Assembly: GCA_000165425.1 (NCBI GenBank)
Contig: CT868007.1
Coordinates: 186,001-250,000, forward strand
Length of the DNA stretch: 64,000 nucleotides
Source of the DNA: Paramecium tetraurelia
Taxonomy: Eukaryota
Reading direction: 5' to 3'
In this document: positions 14,467 to 28,035 of the stretch, piece by piece
Position numbering within the stretch: position 1 is the first letter of the stretch
Layout of the letters: each line of letters opens with the position of its first letter
Program-made: the position numbers and the translations under genes
Notes under the pieces: model-generated
Told to the model about the DNA's origin: nothing
The model's database searches: none
The model's input: only the letters and a program-made list of their open reading frames with translations

Positions 14467-15730
14467 ATGGATAAGAAAGTTTCTAAAAAGCTCAAAAATT
14501 TTGAAACAATGAATTGGTTGAAAAACCGATTTAAGAATTAGGTTAGGGAAAAATATATCCTAAATGACTAAGAACTCAAGGAACAAATCATGATGAAGGC
14601 TGTTTTCAAATCCATCGATAGAGACAAGTCAAGTTACATTTTATTTTTTCACCTTATGTTTAGAATTCTTAGATAGGTCAGAACTCTATGATATGTTCAA
14701 ACGATACGGCATCAACATCACTAAAACCAAGTTGAAGGAGTTTTTTAAAAGAATCGATCAAGACGAAGACGGTAAACTCATCATTTAATCTCAGACAAAC
14801 TCAATTGGAATGATTTCAAATAAGCCTTGCAAAACCAAGAAGCATTGTAAAGTAAGTTGTACCTGTTAAATCAATAGTGTTTGCCGAACTCATGAGAAAG
14901 GTAAGAGAATCCTCGGAAAAAAAAGGAAAAGTAGAAGAATTGAATTTCATCCCCTTGAGTTTTCCCAACATGATTCAATACATGAATTATTGTGTATTAA
15001 GAGAAGAACTTATTCAAAAGATCAACTCTAATTAGTTAAATGCTCAATAGAAGATTAAATAATGCAAGAATCTGTTATCTTTGGAGGATATATGCTATAA
15101 TAAGGTTGTTGAGTTAAAAGATGATAATGATGACGACTAGGAAGAGGCTGCCTTCATTAAGTCAGCTAAGAAATCTTATGATCATCAATAAGTTGCTATT
15201 TTACGAAGGTTGTAAGAAAAAGAATAAATTGAATAACGTCAAGTAAAAATTAATTTTAGGTATTAGAGTCGCTTACGAAGATTAAGTACATCATAGTATT
15301 ACAGAACTGATAATGAAAAAAATAATAGATCATTAAGATAAAAGAGCTGTCAATTCAACACTGATAAGAATTAAAATGCCCAATCAGAATTTAAGTAAAT
15401 TGACCAGTTAATTTCTGAAAATCGCAAAGATCTTCCTGCTATTAAAAATGACATCTAGTAAAAAGTACAGATTCCTATGTTAATGTCAGAAAGAATATAT
15501 GAAAGTGATACTCCTTACAAATACAATCAGAAAGGCAAGGATTCTTCTATTCCAGAGATTCCTAAAGGGCAGCACTTCATGACATAGAATCTTATTGTAA
15601 TTAATTAATATTAATCTTATAGAGTCTCAGAACACAATCCAAGTCATCTAATAGAAAACAATAGATTTCGAAAAGTAGAATTAAAATGCTGTCTTAAACA
15701 GAGTTACCCAAAAATTTAAATAAAAGATGA
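14467..15730 (+). CDS. EF-hand protein (one pair, N-terminal)
   Basis: VFKSIDRDKSKFLDRSELYDMF and FFKRIDQDEDDKLNWNDF after removing short introns. Long low-complexity tail; TGA 15728-15730. Confidence 0.75.
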
Positions 15731-15804
15731 TATGGAATATCTGAATTTCAAATTGATTTTTATAAGGATATTTAATTTTCAAATGATTTATTAGAATAAT
15801 CCAT

Positions 15805-16886
15805 TCATTTTCCTTACTTCGGTTAGATATTTATCAGCATGGATATCTAAATTCTATTTGCTTTTTGTAATATCTTTTTGTGTCTATTTGATATTTGGTT
15901 TGAATTTATTGAGAAATATCAATTAATTTTCTGAATAATTTAATTATGAATTCCAAAATTCCTAAAACTATTAATTAAAATTACAAATGTTTTATAATAA
16001 CTTTCAAGTTCTAATTTTCTTGCACTAAACTCTTTATCGATTCTATCAAATTCAGCGTATACAAGATCCCTTCTTCTTTAAGTATCCACGCCAGAAACAG
16101 CAAAAGAAATCTAATATATAATATACTTCAAAACCCAATCGGCAATATCTAAAAATGCTCTTGTGTATTTTGGATCCGAGAAGACCTTCTGGAATTAAGG
16201 ATCAGCTTTCATTTACAATAATAGGTTCTCTTTTTCTGAGCTGACCCCTTTAAATTAAAAATTGGCTAATCTGCTTTAAAAATCACCTCCTTTATCCTAA
16301 TCAAAACTATTAATTAATAATTAATTCTTACACTTTTTTCTTGAATTCAGTCCAATTAAATTTACCTTGATCCTCATTGTAAACAATTGAAAATAATTGT
16401 GCCATGAATTGATCCATCCCTTAAGGTAGCTGACCAATCTTATTTAACTCTTTAATGTCAATCTACCGTTATAGATATTTCAATACTTTCGAACAAGTTT
16501 CTTTCATAGCAGTTGAAACTGAGTCAATAGCCTTTTAGAAGGCAGATAATTCATCCTTCTTTCCTTTTTTATAAGTTTCCGCTTTTTTCATTTTGTCCTA
16601 TTTATAGAACTATCTAATACCTATTCTGATTATATCTTTTCGTTCAACTATTTCACAACCTTTTATATGGCTGTCTTATGCTCCAAGAGCAACTCTTCCA
16701 ACCCATCGCTTTCCTCTTCTACTCTATTGCTAGATAAATTGTTTACTTTTGAAAATCTTATAGTTCCTATTTTAAATATAAATCAGTCTAAGTAAGATGA
16801 TTGACTAGTGCTGGTGAATAAGTTTGCATCAAGTAATCGTGAAGAACTTGGCATTTTGTTTCATTTTGCTGGATTACAACTTACAT
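15805..16886 (-). CDS. Small coiled-coil protein with a dynein stalk/MTBD-like central region
   Basis: Five inferred 22-25 nt introns give one ~320-aa frame. Core: IDIKELNKIGQLPQGMDQFMAQLFSIVY..FNWTEFKKKVF..DFQSRLANFQFKGV..MKADPQF..AFLDIADWISFA, flanked by heptad-like helices. The gene is well supported; the domain call is inference. Confidence 0.6.
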
Positions 16887-17530
16887 ATTTAGAATTAAAA
16901 TAATGAAAGTTCTAATTTTAGAATCAATTATATATTGATAAAAGTTTTAATTCTGTTCACTCATAATTTCTCCCCAATAACAATATTCAATAAAAAAAAG
17001 AATCCCCATAAATAAAATTTGTTGTTTTCTTCTTTTCTTTCTAAATTACATAATTGACTTAGTAGTTAAAGTTAAAAGTTGATTCTACAATAGATATCCA
17101 TTTTTATTTGAAAAATATATTTTAAGAACTAAAAATGAGGAAGAACAATCGATTCAAGACATCCCAAACTTTAACATCATAACTAAATTTTCCTTTTATA
17201 TTGTCTTGAAAAGTATTAGAACATATACAATTATCTTGATTTTGATTCAATTAAGTGCATTGCAAGTAGATTAAGATATCCAAATAGGTTTAATAAATTA
17301 AAGAGTATTTGCAATATATCCTAAGATTCACACAGAATTGGTTGAAATACTTATATTAATAAAGAGACAAAACTAATATAGGTTTGATTCCAAAAAAAGG
17401 ATTCATAAATTTGTATATGAATCCTTTTAGTTAAATGATGGATATTTATAGGAAGTTGGAAATGTAGGTGAGAGGGAAAGAAGGAATTAATATATAAAAA
17501 TATTAATATATTTTAAATCTTTAATTTAAA

Positions 17531-17973
17531 ATGGTTAAGATGAATGTTCTCAATGATTGTCTTCGTTCAATTGTTAATGCTGAAAGGTATTATAAATTAT
17601 TTAATTTTAAAAGACAAGGAAGAAAATAAGTGTTAATTAGACCAACATCAAAATTAGTTGTGAAATTTTTGCAAGTGATGTAGAGACATGGATATATAGG
17701 TGAGTTTGAAATTGTTGATGATCACAGAAGTGGAAAAATTGTAGTCGAATTATTGGGTACAATATTACATTTATTTAAGGACGCATCAATAAATGTGGAG
17801 TCATCTCACCTCGTTATGATGTGACCTTAGGCGAGTTTGAGAGATGGGCAAATAACATATTACCAGCAAGACAATTTGGATGCGTTGTGTTAACCACTAA
17901 TGTTGGTATTCTTACTCATGAAGAGGCTAGATAAAGACATATCGGAGGTAAAATCCTTGGTTTCTTCTATTGA
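17531..17973 (+). CDS. RPS15A: 40S ribosomal protein S15a (uS8)
   Basis: [74 protein letters not shown], with two short introns. Confidence 0.97.
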
Positions 17974-18816
17974 TTTTATTACAATGTACATTCATAAACA
18001 TACAATATAAATAATTAAATAAGTAGTATTGTTCATAAGGGAGTATGTTAAAGCATAGTGAATTTAAGTTCTAGGTGTTGGAAAATGTATTAGAAGTAAT
18101 AAATATCTAAGAATACCTAAATGGAGAACAAGAAGAGTTAAGCTTTCAGATTAAACAATTAATAGATAATGGCTGTAAAATTGGTTTGAATCAGCTAATT
18201 TCACTTCCTTAAAATTAAAAATTATGGAGAATGTTGAATACAATAAAATCAATAGGCAAAAATTATCATTGAGAATATTGAGCAGAATATACGATCTTAT
18301 AAATTAATTACAATTATTTTTGGGAAGATGTTTCAAAAGATGTTTGAATAATCTGGCGAGAAGATCACACGAATTTACTAAGTGAAACTTTAAGTTGAAG
18401 CCATATTTTAATGTTAGAGAATTATTAAAATATATTATTAATTAGATAGATTGTATTATGATCAAAGCAAGTTAAAGATTAAGGAATTGTAAATTAGTAA
18501 AGATTCTGATAAAAATAATTAGTGAATCAATTATTAACTAACTAGAATGAAAGAAATTAGAAAATTCAACCATTTATTATTAAAATATTAATACTCTTAT
18601 GGCATAAATAATAGAGATTTATCTAAAGTTGCTAAAAACATATAAGAATTATAAGAAGTATATAAAGAATTCTAATACTAAACAATAGAATTAATAATAA
18701 GGAAGATTATTATAACCTTAATAATAATAATAAAAAGTGTTTAGTAGATAATCGCAATGAAATAAAGCTATAATGACTTATATATTTAACATTTTAAATA
18801 CTAAATTAGTTATTAA

Positions 18817-20547
18817 TCATTTAATTTATCCTCCATTAGAACCAGTTAGTCTGGTGGTACTTCCTTTTACTTTCTTTTTAAATAATTTATCATCCTCATC
18901 TTATTTATCATCATCCTAGTTCTAAGCGTAGACCATTTAATCCATATCTGCCATTTCCATGATTTCATCAACTTTTTCTCTAAAATAGTCATTCTAATAA
19001 TATAAAGTGCTGGATAATGATGGATCTGTATAACTTTCCCAATAGGCCTTATCCTTTTTCTCTAGACAACTATCCTTCCTAACTTTATACACTAAATCAT
19101 TCCCTTCGATTTACATCAATGAAAAGGGGAAAACACTTTTAGAGTTGAGTGGTTGCTATGGATGTTATATTTTATAGATTGGAAATGAATCTGATAGAAC
19201 CTAATCAAAAGTTAATTAATATTTTCTGGCTTCTAAATATAGGGTGGCTAAGAACCTAGCAACACTTTCCATTTTTTCATCAGGAGGTTCTTGAGGAATC
19301 ACAGGAGCAGGTGGAGGGACAACAGGAGGTTAAGGGATTGGAGGAGGTTATTATACAATGGGTTTTTCTTCATATTTTTGTTTTTCTATAATCAAATCTT
19401 CAATTTGTTTTTCATATCTAGCAATTTAATCTTCCTTTTTATATTTATCTCTTTTTTAGATTTCATTATGCTCCTTCCAACTCAAAATTTCCTTTGTAAT
19501 GTGATCAAACATCTCTTCAGCCTTTTCAACTATATTAATGTTGCTCTTTTCAGGACAATCTCTAACAAAACAATCTTTCGGCCATTGTTTGATTTCTGAA
19601 TTACCATCCTTTTCCCTTTTAGATTGATCCAAGAACTCCTTGATGAATTTACAAAAATTAAATCTCCTTTCAATTTCCATCGCCTTTTCTCTCTATATAC
19701 TTTGATCAATCAAATTGGAAACCATCAATAGATCCTTTTTCAATAGAACAATCTTCTATCCTAAATTCTCCATTTCTATAACTCCTCTTGTGTTTTGAAG
19801 ATTGCCCCTTCTCAATTTCATAGTTCTATCCATTGGTTGTGTACGAGGACGAAAGGCTAGATGAGGATTATTGTCTTCATAATAGGGATGCATAAGATGT
19901 CTGGTTAGAGGGCGAGAGAAGTGTTATCTCTATTTTTTAAAGTAGGCGTATAATTATTCCTAAATAGATTATGTTTGTATATTAATGGTCTTGGGTAAGG
20001 GCAGCCTTAACTTGAGAAATTCTGCGAAGTCAATTTCCACGTCTTTGCCACTCTTTGCGTCAAGGAGTGATAGATATTGCTCAAAGTCTTCAATGTGAAC
20101 AGGGTTGACTAGTTTTTCATTGATTGTTGAGAGGAAATGAATGTCCTCTTCGGTTAATTCGTAAGCTGTGCCATCAGGATAGACAGGAGCCTTGTAAGCG
20201 ATGTAATCTTCACGACATTTGGCAGGAAGCTGTGATTTCAATGTGGGCTCATCAAATTATTTAGGTCTAAATAATAATGAGTATAATATAAAAATAAATA
20301 TGGCGGGTATTGAGGAGCAAGTCGTTAAATACAACAATCAAGTAGTATGAAATTGTTCTACTTGCTCCTTATAGGTAATTGATTGAATATGTGCAATTTA
20401 CTTTTCTTTTAAGAGTTGATCAGGTGTGATGATTTATTCCGTGTTTTTTATGTCTGCTTCTTGTCCTTCTGCATTAGTGAATGCTTCTAGACTGTTGGAG
20501 ATCAGTACTGGTTTTGTTGGATCGATCTGTCTTGGTCTTGATTTCAT
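18817..20547 (-). CDS. EPL1: Enhancer of polycomb-like protein (NuA4 subunit)
   Basis: N-terminal SRPRQIDPTKPV, YELTEEDIHFLSTIN and IYAYFQKQR..EDNNPHLAFRPR match EPC/EPL1 motifs. TGA at 18817-18819. Confidence 0.75.
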
Positions 20548-22197
20548 TTCTTGGGTGCCCAATCGATTAATAATTAAAGAAACTTGAATATATAGGAAGA
20601 TACTATCCCAAGGAAAACCAAAAACATTACAAATCAAACTAAAAACCCTTCAAACCCCTTCAAAAATGAATTTCCCCTTCTTCTTTTCCACTCATCAGGT
20701 ATTCCCCATAAGTATGCCCAGACCCTATCAATCTCCCCTACTTTCCAAAGACTTCATCCTCAATCCTCTCTCAACTCATTCTGATACTCTCGAACATCAC
20801 ACACATTATACAGAGACTCTCATTATTATAATTATTAATCAACTTAATTGAAATTGTTGAAAAATTAGATGATTTTTTCAAACTCTCTTCAACAAAGGAA
20901 CCTCCAAAACACTCATTTATTTGTTCCTCAACGACTTTCAATAATTTTCACCTCGAAATCCACCCCTTTCATCCTAATTTACAACCAAAACTCTTTCTTC
21001 CAACTAGATATAACTCTTAAGTTTTTTCAATCGAGACAAAAGAACAAATTCTCTAAACCCAATTATACTTATATTTCCAAATTGTACTCGATCTCTTTAT
21101 GATGAAATTGAAATTGGTTTGCATCTTTAAATTTGCATCTCAAATGATGAAAATACAAACAATTATTCTAAATATTCATGTAAATTTTTCTTATTGAAAA
21201 CCTTATGACATTGGTTACACTCCCGATAATTAGCCATGATTAGTGTATTTAGCAACAATTCATTTACCTCCAAAATTTAATTACTTATATATCAGAAAAT
21301 TAACAAAATCATTTAACCCTTTTGAAGATTTAAAACTATGGGAAGAGTTTACTTCTCCACCGATAAAATTACTCTATACTTGAAAAAGGATTTCTAAGTT
21401 ATTAGGCATTTCCCCCTTAAATCAATCTTTTATACAATTTATTATTACTACACAAAAAAGTATTAAAATAAAAATCATATCAGAAAAATCAATAGATTTA
21501 TTGTTCAAGCGTTTTCATTGAACATATGTATAACTTAATATATACAAAAATAAAAGTGGTTTACCATCGACTTATTAATCTTATAGATATTAAAATTTGT
21601 TAGCATTTTTGATAAAATAATGAAACTATATTTATTTATTATTTCACTTTCATTTTGCTACAATATAACAATTAAGTTTATTCAACCATGAATTATTTTG
21701 ATTAAAAGAATTAAACCTGATATGATGTCCAATATATAATTTGTTTAATATGCCTCTCTTGGATATCCAAATTATCTAACATCCAATTCTTCTTAATTCA
21801 AAGTAGATTCTTTAAAACAAGTAAAGTTAATTCGTTCTATTTAAATAAGGACCCAGAAAGATTCCCATTCTTTAATCTAAATATATATAATGCTTCCTTT
21901 CTTTAATCTAAATTTTAATAGCAATCTCGAAATTAAAATACTCCATCATATACTTTTAAATAATCTTATACTATATTTATTAGACAATAGATGTTTCAGT
22001 CCTTTTTTACTTAAGGCAAAACAATTGTCTTCAAATTGGTCTAAGAATCAGGAATAGACAACTTTATTTTTAGTCATGCTATTAATGATGTCAAATATTT
22101 TTGAACCACTAACTATCTGACGATGCATTTTATTTCTAACAATAACACTATCTTCATCTTTACAACATTAAAACCATGTGTTTATGAATTAATAATA

Positions 22198-25100
22198 TCA
22201 TATATTTTCAAATTCAATTTTTATTGGATATATCTCTTCAGGTAAAACAGAATGGATGTACTTATTGGTAATTCCTACTCTTTTTGTTGATTGCTTTTAG
22301 ATAGCTTTTGGCTATTGTTGTTCTGGTTATTATTCAAGAGAAGCCTTATATTAAGAATTAGCTTCTTTAATAGCTTACAATTTCATTTTGCTGTTTACTG
22401 CTTAAATCTCTTTGATGTGATTGGACTATTCTTTGAATTATTATACCTGCTAATATGATATTTGTTATTGTTTCTTCTAATATAAACGAAGTAAATGTCT
22501 ATCACCTTATCTGCTAATAAGATTCTAGCCAATATTGAAATCCTGATAGAACGATCTTTCTTGTTGAATCTGTAGTTTTGCTTATCTTTTTTCTAGTGTT
22601 TACTTTTTAATGAGTTATCTTTATTGATTTTGTCTATCCTCCCAGTATTACATTTGTTTAGATAGATCAGGCTAATTGTTTTATCTTATGCCACTATTGC
22701 TCAGATTAAAGCTTTAAGATTGCAGGAATGTTGGCAATTCAACCAACATTGTTTATTTCTTGTTCATAACAGACTTAGTTCTGAGATGCTATCGAGTGGG
22801 ATTGGTAACTAATTTCAATCTTTATTGTTATCTGTCTACATTGCTGGGTTCTTATTCAAAACTATCCTATTGAAATAGATAAGTTTGAAGTGCAGTTTTA
22901 GGTTTGTCAGTTTAGGTAATAGTCCTAATGTTAGTGGAGGCAGTAGGACAGTTTTGTTTGATTTGAGTATGAGAATATTAATTGTATTGCTTTTTTATGG
23001 TACTGAAAAAAAGACAGGCTGAGATTTATTCACATCCTGGCAATTTAGAAATGTTTTTTTTCTTCTTTGTTTTTTGATCAATTCCATTTTTGTAAAATCT
23101 AACTTCAACTTCATTGGTTGTTTTATCAGATAAATATGTTGATAGCCATATCGATGGTTTGCAAGGGATATCACAATTATCAATTGGTTGAGTTTGCTAA
23201 TCAATTTGATAAGTTTTGATTAACAATTCATCGTTTTGTCTTATTATTTGAGTTTATTCTAACAATTCATTTTCTTAGTACAATTACACAAAACATTAGT
23301 GTTTAAAAGAATATGTATATAGAGCCAATAACAATAGTCTCAATTTTAATTAATCATTAATTGGGAATGTAATTTTCATCCATTTTTGATTGAATAATGT
23401 TTTGATTTCACTTTGAGTCTCAAAATGCAGTAGGTGATAGACATCGCAATTTTCAATAATAGCAAAAACTTCTTAGCCATCTTCTTCTTATTGAATAATC
23501 TGTTTCCTTAACCAAATAGGAATAATGTTCTTCTTGGGAAACTATTAGAGAATAGCTTGGAATTTATAATTAGTCAAACTCAAATTTGATTTTTATTCTA
23601 GAAACTGCAACTTTGAAGAACATTTTCTTAATTGTACATAGATGGAGTAATTTAGATATAATACGTTTTGTGTGATTTGTTTAAGTCTATAGCCGATGAT
23701 CTTATAGAAATTATTTCTATGATGCATTTTTAAATCCTTAATCCATTTCTGTAATATCAATAGAGATCTCTCTTTTACTAAAATGTTAATTATAGCTTGC
23801 AATGTTTTGCCATTCTTCTTCACATCCTGATATGCTCTAAATTATCTTTGTATCTTCAAAGCAGCCACTGCCTCTTTTAACTGTTTCTCGAAGAGTGTTA
23901 TAAACACTTGAGATGGTTCATCTTTATTATGCAGTATTATACACTTAATTACAGAAGAAAGTAGATCTTTACTTAAGTTTATGACATATAATTATCTATA
24001 TTCTCGTTGTTGGAATTTGTTGATTAGTTTTAAGCAGTTCTCATATTTGATCTTGTCTTGTTTTGGCAATTTGTACATAATAAAATACGGTTTTCGAGCA
24101 GGCATCAACTCGTCATACTTTTACAAATAGGAATAGGCATGGACTTCTTAGGTAAATTTAGTAACCTAAGTCCATTTCCTTATTATGCTCAATTTCAACT
24201 ATTATAAACAACAACTTATCTTAGACAAAGAAGCAGGGTAGGTGAGCATATTCTTGAAGTATATAGGATTGTTATATAAATTGATTTAGCTGGGTAGTCT
24301 ATAGGTGAAGACTTCGGATTCATAAACCTTATTAGGTTTTTGGAAATCCTCATACAAAAGAGGAGCCTAGTCTATTATGGCCTTGATTTCAGGTTTATTG
24401 GTAAGTCTGTGCAATATTTATTTGAACAGGTTTAACTGTTCCTTATAGAAGTAGAGTCTATGGATATTGCCGATAGATTCTAGCTGATGTTTTTGACTTT
24501 TATAGAAGGAGTTCAAGGATCTGTAGATGATCCTGGCACTCTTTTATTCTTTAATCGCCTTGCCTTTTCTTTGCCTGTAATTTTGAACCATCACTTTGAC
24601 TTTCTCAAATTGGGTGCTGTATTGATGTGCCATTAGTTGGTTAAGGTCTTTTTTGTTTTTGGTGAATGTTATCCAATGTTTAACTGCTTGTTTTATAAAT
24701 GCTCTAAATATGAATCATTATTTACTGTATTTTCATCTATTTCAAAACGATGTTCTTAAACTTCCTTCTGGTTATGAAACTTTTGATGTAACGTTGGATG
24801 GTCAGAATGACAGAACACTTTTGCCAAATCTTCCTGATCACGTCCAATTCTTGCCACACTAACATGACTATTTGGGATTGATCCTTTTACTCCTTTGGGA
24901 TGCTTATGACAGGCCATGGAAGACGACTCTTTTCGGTGGATGGCTTTAATTTCAATTCCTTGTGTTTCTCTTCATCGGTTATTGCATTGAAGTCGAATGC
25001 CCAAAGGGATTTCATGTAGGATATCACTTGTCTTCTGAGGGAACAATGAGCTGAAACTGGATTTAAGAAAAGAGTGAGATAATTTAAATGGTTGCACCCT

Positions 25101-25333
25101 AAGATTGGTTCCACGGAAAGGGTAGAGATCTGATTCTGGTGTAGGTAGAGAATCCTCAAATTCGTTAATTTTTTGAGATTTGGAATGAGTGTTAGATTGC
25201 AATTCGACAAATCCAATTTAAGTAGGTTAGTGCATTTATACACTTGATCTAATTGATTCCTATTCAGAGCAGTTCCACTTAATAACAAGACTTTGACATC
25301 AGCTGGGACTTGAATGTAAAAAAAATCTGTCAT
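22198..25333 (-). CDS. Leucine-rich repeat and IQ motif protein (LRRIQ3-like), about 1037 aa
   Basis: LRRs (LLKLDLSNCNL, LRILYLHQNQI) with LRR-cap (LFLNPV..RRQVISYMKSLWAFDFNAITDEE) and IQ motif AALKIQRQFRAY. One inferred 22-nt intron near 24703-24724; frame traced to TGA at 22198. Confidence 0.75.
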
Positions 25334-25406
25334 TTAAAATATATATATATATTAATAATCAATTTATGGATTATACTTTATAAAAAATAATTATATATAT
25401 ATATAA

Positions 25407-25916
25407 ATGGACACACAACAAGATCAATAATTAAAAAAGAATCAACTCAAATTCCCAGTTTCCAAAGTGAAGAAGATTGTGTAAGAAAATTAAGATGTGG
25501 GCAAAATCAACAATGTAGTTCCTTACGTTCTAAGTATTACTTTGAGTGTTATCGCAAGCAAAATCACTTGAATTGTTTTTATCAGACATCCTCTCAAAAT
25601 GCAAGGAAACATTAAAGGACAGGAAACTTAACAAGGCTACGCCTGGTTTATTGTAAAAAAGATATTAAATTGAAGGAAGATAGTCTTATAGGAGTCTCAA
25701 TACGATTTTATGAAGGATTACGCTTAAAAATTGCCTGATTTGGAGGAGAGCAAAAAGAAGAAGAAGGGGTTTCAGTAGGATGAATAGAGCGACGAATTGG
25801 GGAAGAAGCGTAAGGGGAATGATGAGTTTGAGAAGGTGGAGAAGAAGGCAGGAGGACGAAAATCGAAAAGAGTTCGAAGATAATAATCGGATGATGATTA
25901 TGATGAAGATGATTGA
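25407..25916 (+). CDS. DRAP1: Histone-fold protein, NC2-alpha/DRAP1-like
   Basis: KFPVSKVKKIVQENQDVGKINNVVPYVL..SLELFL followed by a basic/acidic tail; two short introns. Confidence 0.75.
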
Positions 25917-25931
25917 ATTTAAATTTATTTA

Positions 25932-27566
25932 ATGGGGGAGAAAAGAATCGACAAATATCTCTTCAATCCTAAAGATCTTATCGGAGAAGGTTCCTATGCT
26001 CAAGTGTACAGAGGACGAGAGGAGAAGACTGGAGTCAAAGTGGCCATCAAGGTATTGAACAAATCAGTCATCAACGCGTATTAATATTTGACGAATATTC
26101 AGTGACGATTATTTAAGAGAGGGGTTGATTTCAGAAATCAAGGTCATGCAGAAATTGAAGAGTCCCAACATCGTACAACTCATGGATGTGATGGAAACCA
26201 ATAACAATTATTATATAATTCAAGAATACTGTGATAGTGGAGATTTGGATAAATTGATAGAAAAGTATCCATACACCATAAACTAGTTATGTGTCACAAA
26301 AAAAGACTATGCCTGAAAAGGATGCGGTCAAATTTATGATTGATATTTTAAATGGATTCATCTAGCTAATTAAAAATGGAATCATTCACAGAGATCTCAA
26401 ACCTGCCAACATCCTAATAGATAAAGGAGTATTCTTATTAAAATCATGTAGACATTCAAATTGGCAGATTTTGGATTCGCAAAATGTGTTGACAATTTTA
26501 AAAAGGATATGTTGGCATCATTAGTAGGAACACCCCTCTATATGTCTCCTTAAATTTTGGATAACAAGAAATACACTTCAAAGACTGATATATGGAGCAT
26601 TGCATTTATATTTTATGAAGCATTGTTTGGCAAAAGTATTTCAATACTAATCTCATCCTTTAGCTCCCTGGACTGCTAGATCACCACAAGAGTTACTTAA
26701 AAATATTAGGAATTAACCACTCCAATTCAAAGGACCACAAATTTCTAAAGAGGCTCAGGAATTCTTGATTGGGTGTTTATAAACAGAGGAAAAAGATAGA
26801 TTGTCATGGGATGATATTTACAGACATCCACTCTTCAAAGGGCATTTCACAGACTTCATAAAAAATGTGAGTATTCTTGAAGATAAAGCTACTTATCTCA
26901 TTAATGATATCAGACAAATGATTATCAAAGAATAATTGGATATTGGAGAACTGTTTGCTGAATTAGACATGACTAAAGACAAAGCATTAAATGTCAATGA
27001 ACTGGGAAAATTCTTGTAAAGAGTTGATAAAAATTTAACAAGAGAAGAAATTGAATATATATTTAATAAATTTGATGATGATGGCAATAATTTAATTGAG
27101 TTTAACGAATTTAAAAAATGGTTAGAAGAAAACGATGTAAATATCAATTAATACTACATTATAGTGCAGAATGACTGCCTCAGAAGTTAGTCGAACAAAA
27201 AAGAAGGTCATTATCCTTACGAAGCCTTAGTAAGATATCTAAGCTGGGTCACTTGATGACAGAGTTAGAATTGTTATTGAAAAATTGAAGACTTCAATTG
27301 TTAAATACAACATCAATCTTTTGGATTTATTTAAGAAGGTAATTTTATCTTATTGATTCAAGTATGATAAATCAGCAAATCAGGAGCTAGACGTTCTAGA
27401 ATTGGGCAAATTGTTAAAACGTATAGATTCTTCTGTGACGGATGAAGAATGCAAATCCATTTTTAGCTTTTTTGATCACAATAAAGATGGGTCAGTTTCA
27501 TTCAATGAATTCGAATTTGTGCTGAAAGAATGCTTAGTTAAATAAAAGCTAAAATAACAGCAATGA
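25932..27566 (+). CDS. Ser/Thr protein kinase with four C-terminal EF-hand-like loops
   Basis: GEGSYAQV, VAIK, HRDLKPANIL, DFG, VGTPLYMSPQ, KTDIWS. EF loops DMTKDKALNVNE, DDDGNNLIEFNE, DKSANQELDVLE, DHNKDGSVSFNE. Confidence 0.9.
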
Positions 27567-28035
27567 TTTAACTATCTATCATAAAATATTAATATTAAGT
27601 AATTTAGAGTGACATTGAAGTTATACCTTTATTAATAACAATTGTTAAATGATCTTCTTTTTTCTTATATGTATGAGTATTTTATTACACCTAATAGATG
27701 AGTATTTATTTAAAAAAAAGGATTATTTTGAAAATATAATTGTTTTATTCCAAAATTTAATATAATCATTAGAGAAAGTGCTTAATCTAACTAGTTTGAA
27801 GAGATAGATTCTTAAAATAAACAGTCTGTTTTTTAAGAATTTAAAGAATTTTTGTTATTATTAATTATTAATCAATATGATTATTGAAAATATATAAATA
27901 CATTACAGAGCATATCAATTGAGTGAGTATGGGTTTGGAAAGAACAAGGAATGGTTGAGTATTTGTGTTTGTGTGTATATGTGTGTGTTTTATTTGCAAT
28001 TATTTATATTATCTTTTAATAAAATAATTAACGAA

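Noticed and set aside
18045..18775. Coding-like + strand stretch after RPS15A
   Set aside because: At least four in-frame TGA codons and no recognisable family. Possibly a pseudogene, but not supportable.
20666..21200. C-rich + strand short ORFs and aaaccc/aaacccc motifs at about 20640
   Set aside because: No consistent spliced model, and the motifs are not a tandem C4A2/C3A3 telomeric array.
21680..22180. Minus-strand coding-like remnant (..QFGYPREA..)
   Set aside because: Interrupted by TGA, no clear start, and the motif is too short to assign.
27919..28000. GT-rich tract and ORF-track extension upstream of the AGC kinase
   Set aside because: Short imperfect microsatellite; the ORF begins at a non-ATG codon and the real start is probably 28036.
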